Positions 8,202 through 18,119 of a DNA stretch of 64,000 nt are shown here, piece after piece. This stretch comes from Patescibacteria group bacterium (GTDB lineage Bacteria; Patescibacteriota; UBA1384; XYA2-FULL-43-10; 1-14-0-10-43-13). The position numbers were made by a program, and so were the translations under genes. Each line of letters begins with the position of its first letter. Within the stretch, counting starts at the first letter, position 1. The stretch lies in contig JBAZBD010000001.1 of NCBI GenBank assembly GCA_041671645.1, positions 21,561 to 85,560 on the forward strand. Reading direction: 5' to 3'. The notes under the pieces were generated by a model that was not told where the DNA came from, did no database searches, and worked only from the letters and a program-made list of their open reading frames with translations.

Positions 8202-10544
8202 TTAAATCTTTTCGTCCTCTGGATAATCTTTGGAACTGTCATAAGTGCTACGGTATTCCGGTGTAAATCCGGTCGAAACCTGGCTCATCCCGCCTCCAGA
8301 CATTTCGTCGACCAAAACATCACGAGGCTTGGCGCCGTCTGGCGGTCCGATCACTCCGTTCTCCTCTAGTATATCGAGTAATCGTGCTGCTCTGGCATAG
8401 CCTACCTTAAGCCGACGCTGGAGTAAAGATGCGCTTGCCTTGCCAGCCGCTACGACAGTGTCGACAGCATCATTGTATAGGTCATCCTCGCTTGCTCCAT
8501 TGACTGAATTGCCGGATGATCCGTTGCGGCTAGCCCCAAAATTTGTGACTAGCTCATTGTACTGTGGCTCTGCTTGATCCTTTAGGAATTTTGTTACTTC
8601 CTCAATCTCTGGGTCAGAAACATAACAACCCTGGATACGTCGAGGCTTCTGGCCAGCGGCCATGTAGAGCATATCTCCGAATCCAAGTAATTTCTCAGAG
8701 CCAGAGACGTCCAAGATTGTGCGAGAGTCAACTTGGGAAGCGGTAGCAAAAGCAATTCTCGATGGGACATTGGCCTTGATCAAACCTGTCAAAACGTCAA
8801 CTGAAGGGCGCTGGGTCGCGATAATCAAATGCATCCCAGTCGCTCGAGCCATTTGGGCCAAACGAACGATCGAGCCTTCAACTTCTTTGGCAGAGGTTGC
8901 CATCAGATCGGCCAACTCATCGATAATAATTACAATGTAAGGCAATTTGCCCTCTGGCCCCGGATCAGAGTTGTAGGCGATAATATTGCGTTTGCCCAAT
9001 TCAGAAAACATCTTGTAGCGTCTTTCCATCTCCCAGACAGCCCATTTTAGCGCAGAAACCGTCTTGTCCACCTCAGTGACTACAGGAGTTAGAAGGTGCG
9101 GGATACTATTGTATCCAGTCAATTCAACACGCTTCGGGTCAACCAGAAGGATTTTTAGCTCCGCCGGAGAATTGTTGTAAAGCAGAGTCACGATGATAGT
9201 GTTGATACAAACTGATTTGCCCGAACCTGTCGCACCAGCGATCAGGATATGGGGCATTTTCTCGAGATCTATCGCTACCGGCTCCCCGGCTACGTCACGA
9301 CCAAGAGCTAGAGCAAGTTTGCTCTTCACGGCCGAGAATTGAGGTGCGTTCAAGATTTCACGCAGTGTAACTTTGGCAGAAACCTTATTTGGGATTTCGA
9401 TACCGACGGCGTTCTTGCCAGGGATTGGCGCTTCGATACGGATACTCTTGGCAGATAGCGCCAGAGCCAAATCATTCTGTCGAGCCACAATTTGATTTAA
9501 TTTGACGCCCTCTTTTGGCTTGATCGTATATTGAGTCACAGTCGGGCCTACATTGGCATCGCCCAAAGTAATATCCATGCTGAAGGTCTTGAGACAATTT
9601 TGGATCGCCTCGGCGTTTTTGTAAATATTGCCCGGATTCGCAACCTCGTCTAATTCTTTCAAGATTTTAATATCTGGGTATTTCCAAGCTACGCCAGGTT
9701 TGGCTGGGGTCTTAGGCGTGCGGTCTTCGGCAATTTCGAGAACTTGAGCGCGATTGACTTCCTCAAATTTGGGTGGTTTGCGGAAACCAAATCTTCTTCT
9801 AACGGCCTCAAAGACAGAAACTTTGGCGCTTGGCTGAGCCGCCTGGGCGCCGCTGTTGTTGATGTTGAGCTTGGGCCCAGTCTTGGCCTCTTCGCCCTCC
9901 TCCGACCGCTTGACGCCAAAAAGCTCCAGGATGGAAAACCCGAAGATCATAATAAGCGAGATCGCAATGAAAGCGACTGTGAGTAAAAATGTCGGGAAAA
10001 GACCGATCGCTCCCCTGAGAGGTCCAGAAATCAAATTACCAATTTCTCCGCCATAACCGCCCCTGGCGGCTACTTCCTTGGAGATATCGACGGGGATGAA
10101 TAGATGGAGGAAGGTCGGTAATGACAATAGAAGAAGGAAAATTCCGAAGAATTCAGCAACTCTGTAGCCGATTTTGCCCTTTTTGTCCTTCGGAGGGACC
10201 ATCAAACGATATGCGACGAATATAAATGAGATATCGAAGACAACTCCGCCGAATTTTCCAAACAGCCTGTAAATCACATTGGACAAGCCTTCGCCGATCG
10301 AGCCGGCTCGGCCGAAGAATCCAAGGAGGATGGTGACGCCAAGAATTAGCATTAGGATCGAAAAGATAAGCCGCCAAATTTCTTTGGGCAAGCCGAGAGA
10401 CCAATCGAAAACAAAATTGCCCCATTCGTCTTCCCTCTGATACCAGCGTCTGGTTGGTTTGTTTTTTGGATGAATTCTTTTTCTGCCCAATTTTCCCTCT
10501 TTGTGCACTCTATTATTTTTGAAAACTTTCCAGCATAACAACAA
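8202..10544 (-). CDS. ftsK: DNA translocase FtsK/SpoIIIE
   Basis: N-terminal TM segments, a Walker A motif (LIAGATGSGKSVCIN), the motor-domain motif IIDELADLM and a C-terminal gamma winged-helix (ASASLLQRRLKVGYARAARLLDILE). The exact start is uncertain. Confidence 0.9.
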   Translation of the reverse strand: MLLCWKVFKNNRVHKEGKLGRKRIHPKNKPTRRWYQREDEWGNFVFDWSLGLPKEIWRLIFSILMLILGVTILLGFFGRAGSIGEGLSNVIYRLFGKFGGVVFDISFIFVAYRLMVPPKDKKGKIGYRVAEFFGIFLLLLSLPTFLHLFIPVDISKEVAARGGYGGEIGNLISGPLRGAIGLFPTFLLTVAFIAISLIMIFGFSILELFGVKRSEEGEEAKTGPKLNINNSGAQAAQPSAKVSVFEAVRRRFGFRKPPKFEEVNRAQVLEIAEDRTPKTPAKPGVAWKYPDIKILKELDEVANPGNIYKNAEAIQNCLKTFSMDITLGDANVGPTVTQYTIKPKEGVKLNQIVARQNDLALALSAKSIRIEAPIPGKNAVGIEIPNKVSAKVTLREILNAPQFSAVKSKLALALGRDVAGEPVAIDLEKMPHILIAGATGSGKSVCINTIIVTLLYNNSPAELKILLVDPKRVELTGYNSIPHLLTPVVTEVDKTVSALKWAVWEMERRYKMFSELGKRNIIAYNSDPGPEGKLPYIVIIIDELADLMATSAKEVEGSIVRLAQMARATGMHLIIATQRPSVDVLTGLIKANVPSRIAFATASQVDSRTILDVSGSEKLLGFGDMLYMAAGQKPRRIQGCYVSDPEIEEVTKFLKDQAEPQYNELVTNFGASRNGSSGNSVNGASEDDLYNDAVDTVVAAGKASASLLQRRLKVGYARAARLLDILEENGVIGPPDGAKPRDVLVDEMSGGGMSQVSTGFTPEYRSTYDSSKDYPEDEKI

Positions 10545-10602
10545 ATTGGAATACCGAGTGCATTCTCCTTTAATTATAGATCAAAGCAAATCTCAGCGCA
10601 AC

Positions 10603-10634
10603 AAAAAGGAACTGTATTCCTACAGTTCCTTTTT
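10603..10634 (-). terminator. Intrinsic terminator downstream of RNase J gene
   Basis: ggaactgta-ttcc-tacagttcc forms a perfect 9-bp stem flanked by A5/T5 runs, 22 nt after the rnj stop. Confidence 0.7.
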
Positions 10635-10655
10635 GTATTGTTACCAAGATTCTAT

Positions 10656-12617
10656 TTAGACCTCGATAATGACTGGGATGATCATTGGCTTTCGCTCTGT
10701 CTCTTTGAAGAGATAATCGCCGAGTTCGTCACGAAGCTTTTGTTTGGCCACAGTATAGTCAGGTTTGCCCTTACCAGGCGCAGTATATTTGACGAAAATT
10801 CGCTTGACCTCTGCTCTGGCCTTGTGGACCAAGTCTTCGCTCTCACGCATGTAGATGAAGCCTCGAGAAATAATATCTGGTGAGGTCAGGATCTGACCTG
10901 TCTGGTGATTAACTGTGACGATGATGACGAAGATACCATCTTCTGCCATCGCTTTTCGATCACGAAGCACGATGTTTCCAACGTCGCCGACGCCCAAACC
11001 GTCAACCATGACGTAGGATGCAGGAACTCTCTTGTTGGTGACTTCGCCCTTGCCATTTGAGAATTCGATCACTTGACCGTCATCTCCGACTAGACAGTGA
11101 GCTTCGTCGACGATGCCCATCTCCCTAGCAATCTGGCAGTGAAGCATAAGTTTGTGACGCTCTCCGTGGAAAGGAATCAGATATTTTGGTTTGATCAAGG
11201 CGAGCATTAGTTTCAAATCCTCCTGATTGGCGTGGCCAGAGGTGTGAACATCCATCAATCTCTGATAAATGACCTGGGCACCAGTACGGAACAAACTGTC
11301 CATCAGGCTAGAAACTGCTCGCTCGTTGCCAGGAATTGGAGAAGAAGAAAGGATAACAAGGTCGCCCTTCTTCATTTTCACATTTCGATCTTCGCCATTG
11401 GCGATACGAGTCAGAGCGGCATTATCTTCACCCTGTGAGCCGGTGCAGACAACGACAACACGATCGTCGGCATATTTGCCAAGATCTTTGACATCAATCA
11501 TGGTGTCTTTTGGCAAAAATAAAGCTTCAAGCGAAAGTGCGATCTCAACAGTTTTGACCATGCTTCGTCCGACAAAACAAACCTTGCGGTTCAATTTCTT
11601 CGAGACATTTAGGACTTGCTGGATACGACCGATCAGAGTTGAGAATGTTGAGACAATAATTCTATTATCACATCTCTCCATAATCGACATCAGAGAATCT
11701 TCGAGAACTTTCTCGGAGATGGAAACGCCTGGTTTCTCAATATTTGTTGATTCTGAAAGCATTACAAGTGGCTTTCGAGCGCCAATCATGGCGAGTCCCG
11801 AAAAATCAGCCGGTTTACCATCAGCTGGAGTATGATCAAATTTGAAGTCTCCAGTCACAACGATGACGCCCTCAGGACTGGTAATACAAAATCCCATTGC
11901 CTGAGGGATAGAGTGGTTGACCTTGAAAGTTTCAATTTTGAAACAGCCAAGCTGGAGAGTGTCTTCTCCGATTTTCATCGAGGACATTTTGACTTTGTTG
12001 TCTAGACCAAATTCCTCAAGTTTGCTCTTGATAATTCCGAGAGTCAAAGGAGCTGAATAAATGGTCGGTGAGCCAAGTTTCTCATAAACGTAAGGAATGG
12101 CGCCAATATGGTCCAGGTGGCCATGAGTGATCAGCAGTCCTCGGATCTTCGACTTGTTTTGCTCCAAATAAGAAACATCAGGGATGACATAGTCAACGCC
12201 TGGCATAGTCTCGTCTGGGAACATGAAACCCATGTCGATAATAATAATATCGTTTTTGTACTCGATCACGGTGGTATTTTTGCCACCGGTTTCTTCAACA
12301 CCGCCGAGTGGGATGATCTTCAATTTTGGTTCGTAAAAAAACTTCGATTTGTAATTGTCATCGATCTGCTGAGCAGTGAAGCGGGGTTCGCCCTGAGCAG
12401 GCTCCTTGCGAGCAGTATCTTCCTTCTTCGGCTCAACCTTTTGAGCTGTGTATCTTGGCTCTGGGTTGTTGCCCTTTGGAGCCAAATTGATAGAGCGTCG
12501 AAATTCGTGTCTAGGCGAGTGCGCCTCCACGATATCGTGCTTTAGGGCCGCGTCCAACGGACTTGTTTTGATTGGTTTAGAGTTCATTGGATTCTGTGTT
12601 TTAATTTGTTCATTCAT
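10656..12617 (-). CDS. rnj: Ribonuclease J (metallo-beta-lactamase/beta-CASP) with ~95-aa low-complexity N-terminal extension
   Basis: LKIIPLGGVEETGKN start of the core, the HxHxDH motif (ITHGHLDHIG), beta-CASP region motifs and a C-terminal domain. The start could lie further downstream. Confidence 0.85.
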   Translation of the reverse strand: MNEQIKTQNPMNSKPIKTSPLDAALKHDIVEAHSPRHEFRRSINLAPKGNNPEPRYTAQKVEPKKEDTARKEPAQGEPRFTAQQIDDNYKSKFFYEPKLKIIPLGGVEETGGKNTTVIEYKNDIIIIDMGFMFPDETMPGVDYVIPDVSYLEQNKSKIRGLLITHGHLDHIGAIPYVYEKLGSPTIYSAPLTLGIIKSKLEEFGLDNKVKMSSMKIGEDTLQLGCFKIETFKVNHSIPQAMGFCITSPEGVIVVTGDFKFDHTPADGKPADFSGLAMIGARKPLVMLSESTNIEKPGVSISEKVLEDSLMSIMERCDNRIIVSTFSTLIGRIQQVLNVSKKLNRKVCFVGRSMVKTVEIALSLEALFLPKDTMIDVKDLGKYADDRVVVVCTGSQGEDNAALTRIANGEDRNVKMKKGDLVILSSSPIPGNERAVSSLMDSLFRTGAQVIYQRLMDVHTSGHANQEDLKLMLALIKPKYLIPFHGERHKLMLHCQIAREMGIVDEAHCLVGDDGQVIEFSNGKGEVTNKRVPASYVMVDGLGVGDVGNIVLRDRKAMAEDGIFVIIVTVNHQTGQILTSPDIISRGFIYMRESEDLVHKARAEVKRIFVKYTAPGKGKPDYTVAKQKLRDELGDYLFKETERKPMIIPVIIEV

Positions 12618-12711
12618 AATGTTAAATCTTTATTTCTTAATTCTTACTTCTTAATTTTTATTCAATTTTTAATTAATAATTAATAATTCATTAGAAACTA
12701 GTAATTAAAAA
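12618..12711 (-). repeat. AT-only intergenic cassette, copy A (related to 28872-28978)
   Basis: On the minus strand it reads TTTTTAATTACTAG..TTTCTAAT..ATTAATTAAAAATT..GAATTAAGAAAT and contains the inverted repeat AATTTTTAATT/AATTAAAAATT. It shares ordered blocks with the 28.9-kb cassette in the same orientation relative to transcription. Confidence 0.5.
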
Positions 12712-13335
12712 TTAAATGAGGGTCTCTTGTTTCGATTGGTCCTTTTCTTCTTTTTTAAATTCTTCAATTTTGTTTAATATTGCGGGGATCTTTTGAAAAT
12801 CTGAGATCAGAGTGCTGCGGAGTCCTCCGTTGTGCAGAGCGGCGGCAGGATGGTAGAGGGGCAGATAGACAATACCGTTGGGCCGCTTGAGCGCTTTGCC
12901 ATGGATTTTGGAAATACCAGGCATTCCAGGCAAAAGCGTGGTAGCGGCGTGGCGGCCGAGCGCAACGATCAGTCTGGGCTTGATTAATTCAATCTGTTTT
13001 TCTAGATATGGGCGGCAAACTGATTTTTCATCATCTTCGGGGTCGCGGTTTTCAGGCGGACGGCATTTTACCGAGTTGGTGATAAATATTTTGTCGCGGT
13101 CGAGCTCAATGCTTGCAAGCATCTCGTCCAAGAATTTTCCGGCGGCGCCACAGAAAGGGATTCCCTCTTTGTCTTCATTGGCGCCAGGTGCCTCACCGAT
13201 AAACATTACGCGTGAACTATAATCTCCCGAACCAGGAACCGCTTTGGTCCTCGTCTCAGAAAGTCGGCATTTAGTGCAAACCGAAACCTGGTCACAAATG
13301 GCGTCGAGTGCTTCTTTTCGTTCTGTTTCAATCAT
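12712..13335 (-). CDS. Uracil-DNA glycosylase, family 4 (Fe-S type)
   Basis: CTKCRL..., MFIGEAPGANEDKEGIPFCGAAGKFL, NSVKCRPP and LYHPAAAL motifs. ATG at 13335 preferred over the TTG at 13362. Confidence 0.8.
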   Translation of the reverse strand: MIETERKEALDAICDQVSVCTKCRLSETRTKAVPGSGDYSSRVMFIGEAPGANEDKEGIPFCGAAGKFLDEMLASIELDRDKIFITNSVKCRPPENRDPEDDEKSVCRPYLEKQIELIKPRLIVALGRHAATTLLPGMPGISKIHGKALKRPNGIVYLPLYHPAAALHNGGLRSTLISDFQKIPAILNKIEEFKKEEKDQSKQETLI

Positions 13336-13429
13336 TAAGCAAAAAATATAGAAAAATATCAAATAAGTTCAAAAAACGAAATGGCTTGAGTGCGTTTGTT
13401 TATGTTGTTATAAGATTAACACAACTTTT

Positions 13430-15979
13430 TTATTTTGTCAACCGAGCCGCCCGTTTGTCATGCACGGCGCGAATGATTTCTGCACCGAGGAACGAAATAA
13501 TGACAAGAGTTAAGAGGATAGTAATATCACGAGAGTTAAGAGCGACAATTCCGAAAACATGTCGGAGCGAAGGTAGGAATATCACAACTTGCAGAAGACC
13601 AACAACCAAAACTGAGAGCCATAAATATGGATTCCGGAAGAATGCGGCAGGGCTCTGCCAAATTCTTTTCTTCGATCGAATTGATACGACAAAAGCCAAA
13701 TTCATAAAGACCAGATAGGTAAATAATACTGTGCGAGCGTGAATTGGAGAGAAATTTTCGATAGCGTAGAGATACAAGCCAAGGCCGATTGTGAAGGACA
13801 ACACAGCCAATGAGAGGCCATAAGTCATAGAGATTTTGAGCGCGTTCTTCTTGGAGGAGCGCGGGGGCTGGCTCAGGACTTCTTTCTCTGGTTTTTCAAA
13901 ACAAAGCGCCAGCGCTGGCAAAGAATCGGTAATCAGATTGATCCAAAGAATCTGGATCGTTGTAATGGGCAGCGGCAGATTGAAACCGAAACCGACGCCA
14001 ACCAGAAAAAGCTCGACTAAATTGCCCGAGACGAGAAACACTACAATATTTTTGATATTGTCATAAATCGTCCGACCGTACTCTACCGCTGACAAAATTG
14101 TGGCATACTTGTCATCCAGAAGGACAATATCGGCCGAATCCTTGGCGATATCCGTCCCCTTTTGTCCCATGGCAATGCCAACGTCAGCTTTCTTGAGAGC
14201 TGGAGCGTCATTGATGCCATCCCCTGTCATCGCGACACAATATCCCTGACGCTGGAAAAGTTCTACAATTCTAATCTTGTCTGCCGGCGCGATCCGAGCA
14301 AATATTTTGACCTTTTTGATAATCTCTAGGAGTTCCCGATCGCTCTTTTTCTCCAGCATTTCGCCGATTATGATCTCATCGTCTTCAATCGAGATACCAA
14401 CTTTTTCGGCGATAAACCGAGCTGTTTCTGGGTGATCTCCCGTCAAAATGACTGGACGTATTCCCGCCTTTATCGCAAGCGCGATTGCTTCCTTGACTCC
14501 CTCCGACGGTTCGTCGGCCAGAGCGAAGAAGCCCTTGAAGGTCATGCCAGCCAAAGCGCTACTTTTTAGAGAACTCAAATGCTTGTCGGCTAGCGCGATT
14601 ACCTTGTACCCAAAGGCGGAAAGCTTGTGAGCCTCTTCTAATATCTTTTCTTTCTCACTTTGCTTGAGAACACAAAATTCAACAATTTTTTCGGTAGTGC
14701 CCTTGGCAATCAGCGACTTTTTACCCGCGGAGTTGACGATAACTCCCATGTATTTCTTTTCAGAATCAAATGGAATCTCGAAAATTCTTTCGTAATTTTT
14801 GGCAAAATATCGATCCAGGTGACTATGAGTTTTGGCCAGATTAGCTATCGCCACCTCGACAGAATCACCTAGAAAATCGGAATTCCCCTCCAAATTTAAG
14901 TTTGAACAAGCCAGCCCATGGACAATAAAATGACCGGCTTCGCTCTCTCTGATTCGATCAATGTTTTTCTTGGTGCTGATTTGTTCAAATTTTCCTCGAT
15001 CATAAAGACAAATCTCGCCAACTTCGAGATCGTTGTTGGTTAGTGTACCAGTCTTGTCGGTCGCAATAATGCTTACACTTCCTAGTGTCTCTACGGCTGA
15101 CATTTTCTTTACCAACGCCTTTTTCTTCGCCATTCTAGAAACACCAATCGCTAGAGCCAAAGTAATGGCGGTTGGCAAACTCTCCGGTACGACAGCCACC
15201 AGGAGGGCAATCGTAAAGGTGAGCAACTCTAGGACTTCGATCTGGCGAAATAATCCGAGCGCGAAGATGACCACACAAGCGGCTACTGCGAGCAGAGTCA
15301 GTTTCTTGGCCAGATAGATTATTTGCTTTTCCAGAGGAGTCTTTTCTTTCTCTTCGAGGGTCAGACTAGCGATTTTACCAAATTCTGTCTCCGCACCCGT
15401 AGCAACCACGATTCCCCGAGAGTGGCCAGAAACAATAATATCGCCGTTGAAAAGCATATTGATCTGGTCAGGCAGAGCCTTCTTTTTCGAAAGTGTCTTG
15501 GCGTTTTTGCTGACCGGCAGAGATTCGCCAGTCAGAGCCGACTCATTGACCTCTAGAGACTGCGCTTCAATAATTCGTAGGTCTGCAGGGACTTTCCCGC
15601 CTGCTTCGATCAGAACGATGTCACCACGTACAAGTAATGCGCTCTCGATCTCGATCACCTTTCCGCCGCGTAAAACTCTTGCCCGTGAGGTAAAATTACT
15701 CTTGAGATCCTGGAGCGTTCTCTCTGCCTTGTATTCCTGAAAAAAGCCAAAAATGACGTTAAGCAAAACTATCGCCAACAATATCAGTGATTGCGCCACT
15801 CCGTCGACAAAGTATGAAATCGTAGCCGCACCTAGGATAAGCAAGATGAATAAATTCTTAAATTGATTCAGAAGGATACGCCAAATCCCTCCCGTACTGG
15901 TCTCGACGAGAGAATTTGGGCCGTCTTGTTGGAGACGAAGACTGGCTTTGGCTTGTGAAAGGCCTGTTTCCGGATCCAC
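13430..15979 (-). CDS. P-type cation-transporting ATPase (type II, Ca2+/cation-pump-like)
   Basis: DKTGTLT phosphorylation site, TGES actuator motif, MTGDGINDAPALKKADVGIAMG and 10 TM-like segments. The annotated GTG start is probably not the true N-terminus (see finding at 15977-16048). Confidence 0.9.
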   Translation of the reverse strand: MDPETGLSQAKASLRLQQDGPNSLVETSTGGIWRILLNQFKNLFILLILGAATISYFVDGVAQSLILLAIVLLNVIFGFFQEYKAERTLQDLKSNFTSRARVLRGGKVIEIESALLVRGDIVLIEAGGKVPADLRIIEAQSLEVNESALTGESLPVSKNAKTLSKKKALPDQINMLFNGDIIVSGHSRGIVVATGAETEFGKIASLTLEEKEKTPLEKQIIYLAKKLTLLAVAACVVIFALGLFRQIEVLELLTFTIALLVAVVPESLPTAITLALAIGVSRMAKKKALVKKMSAVETLGSVSIIATDKTGTLTNNDLEVGEICLYDRGKFEQISTKKNIDRIRESEAGHFIVHGLACSNLNLEGNSDFLGDSVEVAIANLAKTHSHLDRYFAKNYERIFEIPFDSEKKYMGVIVNSAGKKSLIAKGTTEKIVEFCVLKQSEKEKILEEAHKLSAFGYKVIALADKHLSSLKSSALAGMTFKGFFALADEPSEGVKEAIALAIKAGIRPVILTGDHPETARFIAEKVGISIEDDEIIIGEMLEKKSDRELLEIIKKVKIFARIAPADKIRIVELFQRQGYCVAMTGDGINDAPALKKADVGIAMGQKGTDIAKDSADIVLLDDKYATILSAVEYGRTIYDNIKNIVVFLVSGNLVELFLVGVGFGFNLPLPITTIQILWINLITDSLPALALCFEKPEKEVLSQPPRSSKKNALKISMTYGLSLAVLSFTIGLGLYLYAIENFSPIHARTVLFTYLVFMNLAFVVSIRSKKRIWQSPAAFFRNPYLWLSVLVVGLLQVVIFLPSLRHVFGIVALNSRDITILLTLVIISFLGAEIIRAVHDKRAARLTK

Positions 15980-16125
15980 CCCAAAATGCTCTAGGACTTT
16001 TGGGATATCCCATTCATAATAATTATTCTTTTGCGTAACCCCTCCTTATTTAGTCGGGAGCAGGGAGTTCGGAGTCGGGAGATAAAATTGTGGTCTCCTC
16101 CTAACTACTAACTCCTAACTATCAA

Positions 16126-17997
16126 CTAGCTCTGTTTTGGGCAGCTCCCGCCCATATCCACTGCAGTTTCGTCACCGTCCTGGACTCCGTTTGAGCAATT
16201 TGCCGGGACAGCTGTGCCCGTGCCGACGAGCCAGCGCTCCTGCCAGGGTACGTAGACTGACTTGAAAGTCCTGGTTTGCAAATCAGTACCGTCGGCGGCT
16301 GTGACTTTATAATTAAAGCTGGCGGTCGCGCCCTGATGCGATTTCTCAATTCGTTTGGTCTCCCCTGCCGCCATGGTCGGAGTTTCGACATAGACCGGCG
16401 GATCTGGGTTGGTGTAGTCATAAACCGTCGGAGTCGAGACCTCGATTTTCCGACTGTCTTTCGTGCCATAGAAGTCGAAGATGATCTTGGTGCCCTCAAT
16501 CCTTGATTGAATCAAAACCGAGTTAGCGTAATTGTTGACGAACTTGAAATCTGGAGCCGGGTCATAGATCGTGGCGTCCATCCCGACGGGAGGCTCATAA
16601 TACGAAACTCGGTATTTGTGATTTTGGCGATCGGTAATCTTCATGCCCGAATTGAGAGCAGCTCGGAATAAAGTCGAGGACACTTGGCAAAGCCCGCCAC
16701 CAAATTCTGGAGTTGTCGAATTATCCTTGATCACCAGCTCCTCAAGGTAGCCAGTCGAGGCGTCGATAGCGCCCAGGTGAGCCAGAGTCGAAAATTCCTC
16801 TCCTGGTTTGAGCAAAACTCCGTTCAGGGCGGCCGCGCCTACGGTCAAATTGTGCACACGGTTCACCGGAGAGCCTTTGAAATTGGTCATAGCAGTACCG
16901 ATCTGCTCGTTGATACCGAGACTGGCGATATCAGTATCTGCTACGTCCGGCTTCTTCTCGGTGATGACAAGAGCGATGGTTTTGGTATCAGTAGCGGCCA
17001 TATTGGTAGAGACACGGGCCAGAATTAGGCTCTTGATACTCTCTGTCACGCTATCTTGATTGAGCGAACGCCCATTTTTTGAAGGAGTGAAGACGGTCAC
17101 TTTGCCATTTTCGACAATAAGTTTGGAGCTAACTGGTTCGTTGTCTATGCCTTTGGCCAGCGCTTCGCTAAATTTTCTAATACGAGTATCGTTGGTGCTA
17201 AGCTTCATATTGGCATCATCGCTGACGAACCCAAAGAATCCGGCCAGTGTATCTTTGTCTATTTTGATCTCCTGGTCTGATCCAGTTAAAGTGATTTCTC
17301 CGCCGTCAATTATCTGATTTGCCTTGGCCAGAGCGGCATTTGCGTTTTCGATCGTAATCGTCGGCTTGTAATTTTCTCTCTCGAAAGCGATATCCAGGCA
17401 TCGGATCGCCTGGAAACAAGACTGGAAGGCCTCATTCATCTTTAGCTGGTTGAGCCTTTTGCCCTCCTGGCGTTTGTCGACAAGCGTGAATCTATCGCCG
17501 TTGTATTCCAGAGTGTAATCTTTGGCATTTTCGTCAATTTCCTTGGCGATGCTGGCAATCTTTTCGGCCAGTTGAGTCGCATTGTAGGTGTAGACGGCCG
17601 GATGGACAGAATCTTTGTAGACAGTCTCCAATTGCGCCCAAGCCGCCTTGGCGACCCTCTCGTCACGACCAACCTGCCAAAGGCTATTTACTGTTGCATC
17701 CAGATCATACTGGAGCCCAATATCGCTCGGATTGATAGAGTACTCCGCGCCAGTCTCCATGTAAATCAATTTGATCGGATTTTTGAGGACATCTCCAGCA
17801 TTTGATGATAATTCTTCTGAGGCGCTCTTCTTCTTCATCCCGCCCAGGTCGAGTTCGCCGATATGTTGCCGTGGAAAGATTTTTTTCGAGTAAAAGAGTG
17901 AATATCCAGCGAATAGAATCAATGACAACGCCAAAAGGCCCGCTACCGCTAGCAGTCCGATCCGCAGAATTTTCTTCGTTTTTGGCTTAATGTGCAT
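16126..17997 (-). CDS. VanW/YoaR-family secreted protein
   Basis: N-terminal TM anchor, repeated PG-binding-like region and a VanW core (GGGLCQVSSTLFRAALNSGMKITDRQNHKYRVSYY). Start is ATG 17997 or TTG 18003. Confidence 0.75.
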   Translation of the reverse strand: MHIKPKTKKILRIGLLAVAGLLALSLILFAGYSLFYSKKIFPRQHIGELDLGGMKKKSASEELSSNAGDVLKNPIKLIYMETGAEYSINPSDIGLQYDLDATVNSLWQVGRDERVAKAAWAQLETVYKDSVHPAVYTYNATQLAEKIASIAKEIDENAKDYTLEYNGDRFTLVDKRQEGKRLNQLKMNEAFQSCFQAIRCLDIAFERENYKPTITIENANAALAKANQIIDGGEITLTGSDQEIKIDKDTLAGFFGFVSDDANMKLSTNDTRIRKFSEALAKGIDNEPVSSKLIVENGKVTVFTPSKNGRSLNQDSVTESIKSLILARVSTNMAATDTKTIALVITEKKPDVADTDIASLGINEQIGTAMTNFKGSPVNRVHNLTVGAAALNGVLLKPGEEFSTLAHLGAIDASTGYLEELVIKDNSTTPEFGGGLCQVSSTLFRAALNSGMKITDRQNHKYRVSYYEPPVGMDATIYDPAPDFKFVNNYANSVLIQSRIEGTKIIFDFYGTKDSRKIEVSTPTVYDYTNPDPPVYVETPTMAAGETKRIEKSHQGATASFNYKVTAADGTDLQTRTFKSVYVPWQERWLVGTGTAVPANCSNGVQDGDETAVDMGGSCPKQS

Positions 17998-18066
17998 CGC
18001 CAATATTAATCATTTATCTGTATATTCACATCTTAACAACTGAGGGGAAATATTGGAAGGCCATAC

Positions 18067-18103
18067 GAAAAATGGAGCAACTGATTTTCACCAGTCGCCC
18101 CAT
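18067..18103 (-). terminator. Strand-specific intrinsic terminator ending the hppA operon
   Basis: The minus-strand RNA AUGGGGCGACUG-GUGAAAAU-CAGUUGCUCCAU forms 12 pairs, including two G-U pairs valid only on this strand, followed by U5. It lies 17 nt after the DUF3006 gene stop. Confidence 0.7.
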
Positions 18104-18119
18104 TTATATTTGAATCAAC

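Noticed and set aside
12618-12711. Whether the AT-rich repeated spacers (12.6 kb and 28.9 kb) represent a CRISPR array or MITE.
   Set aside because: Only two dispersed copies are present, with no regular repeat-spacer periodicity, no target-site duplications or terminal inverted repeats bounding an insertion, and no cas or transposase genes nearby.
16049-16125. A polypyrimidine/polypurine pair (gggagcagggagttcggagtcgggag ... ctcctcctaactactaactcctaac) that looked like a long hairpin or a novel repeat.
   Set aside because: Attempted pairing gives only short GGAG/CUCC helices interrupted by many mismatches. It probably acts as a weak terminator and spacer between the VanW-like gene and the ATPase RBS, with no second copy in the window.
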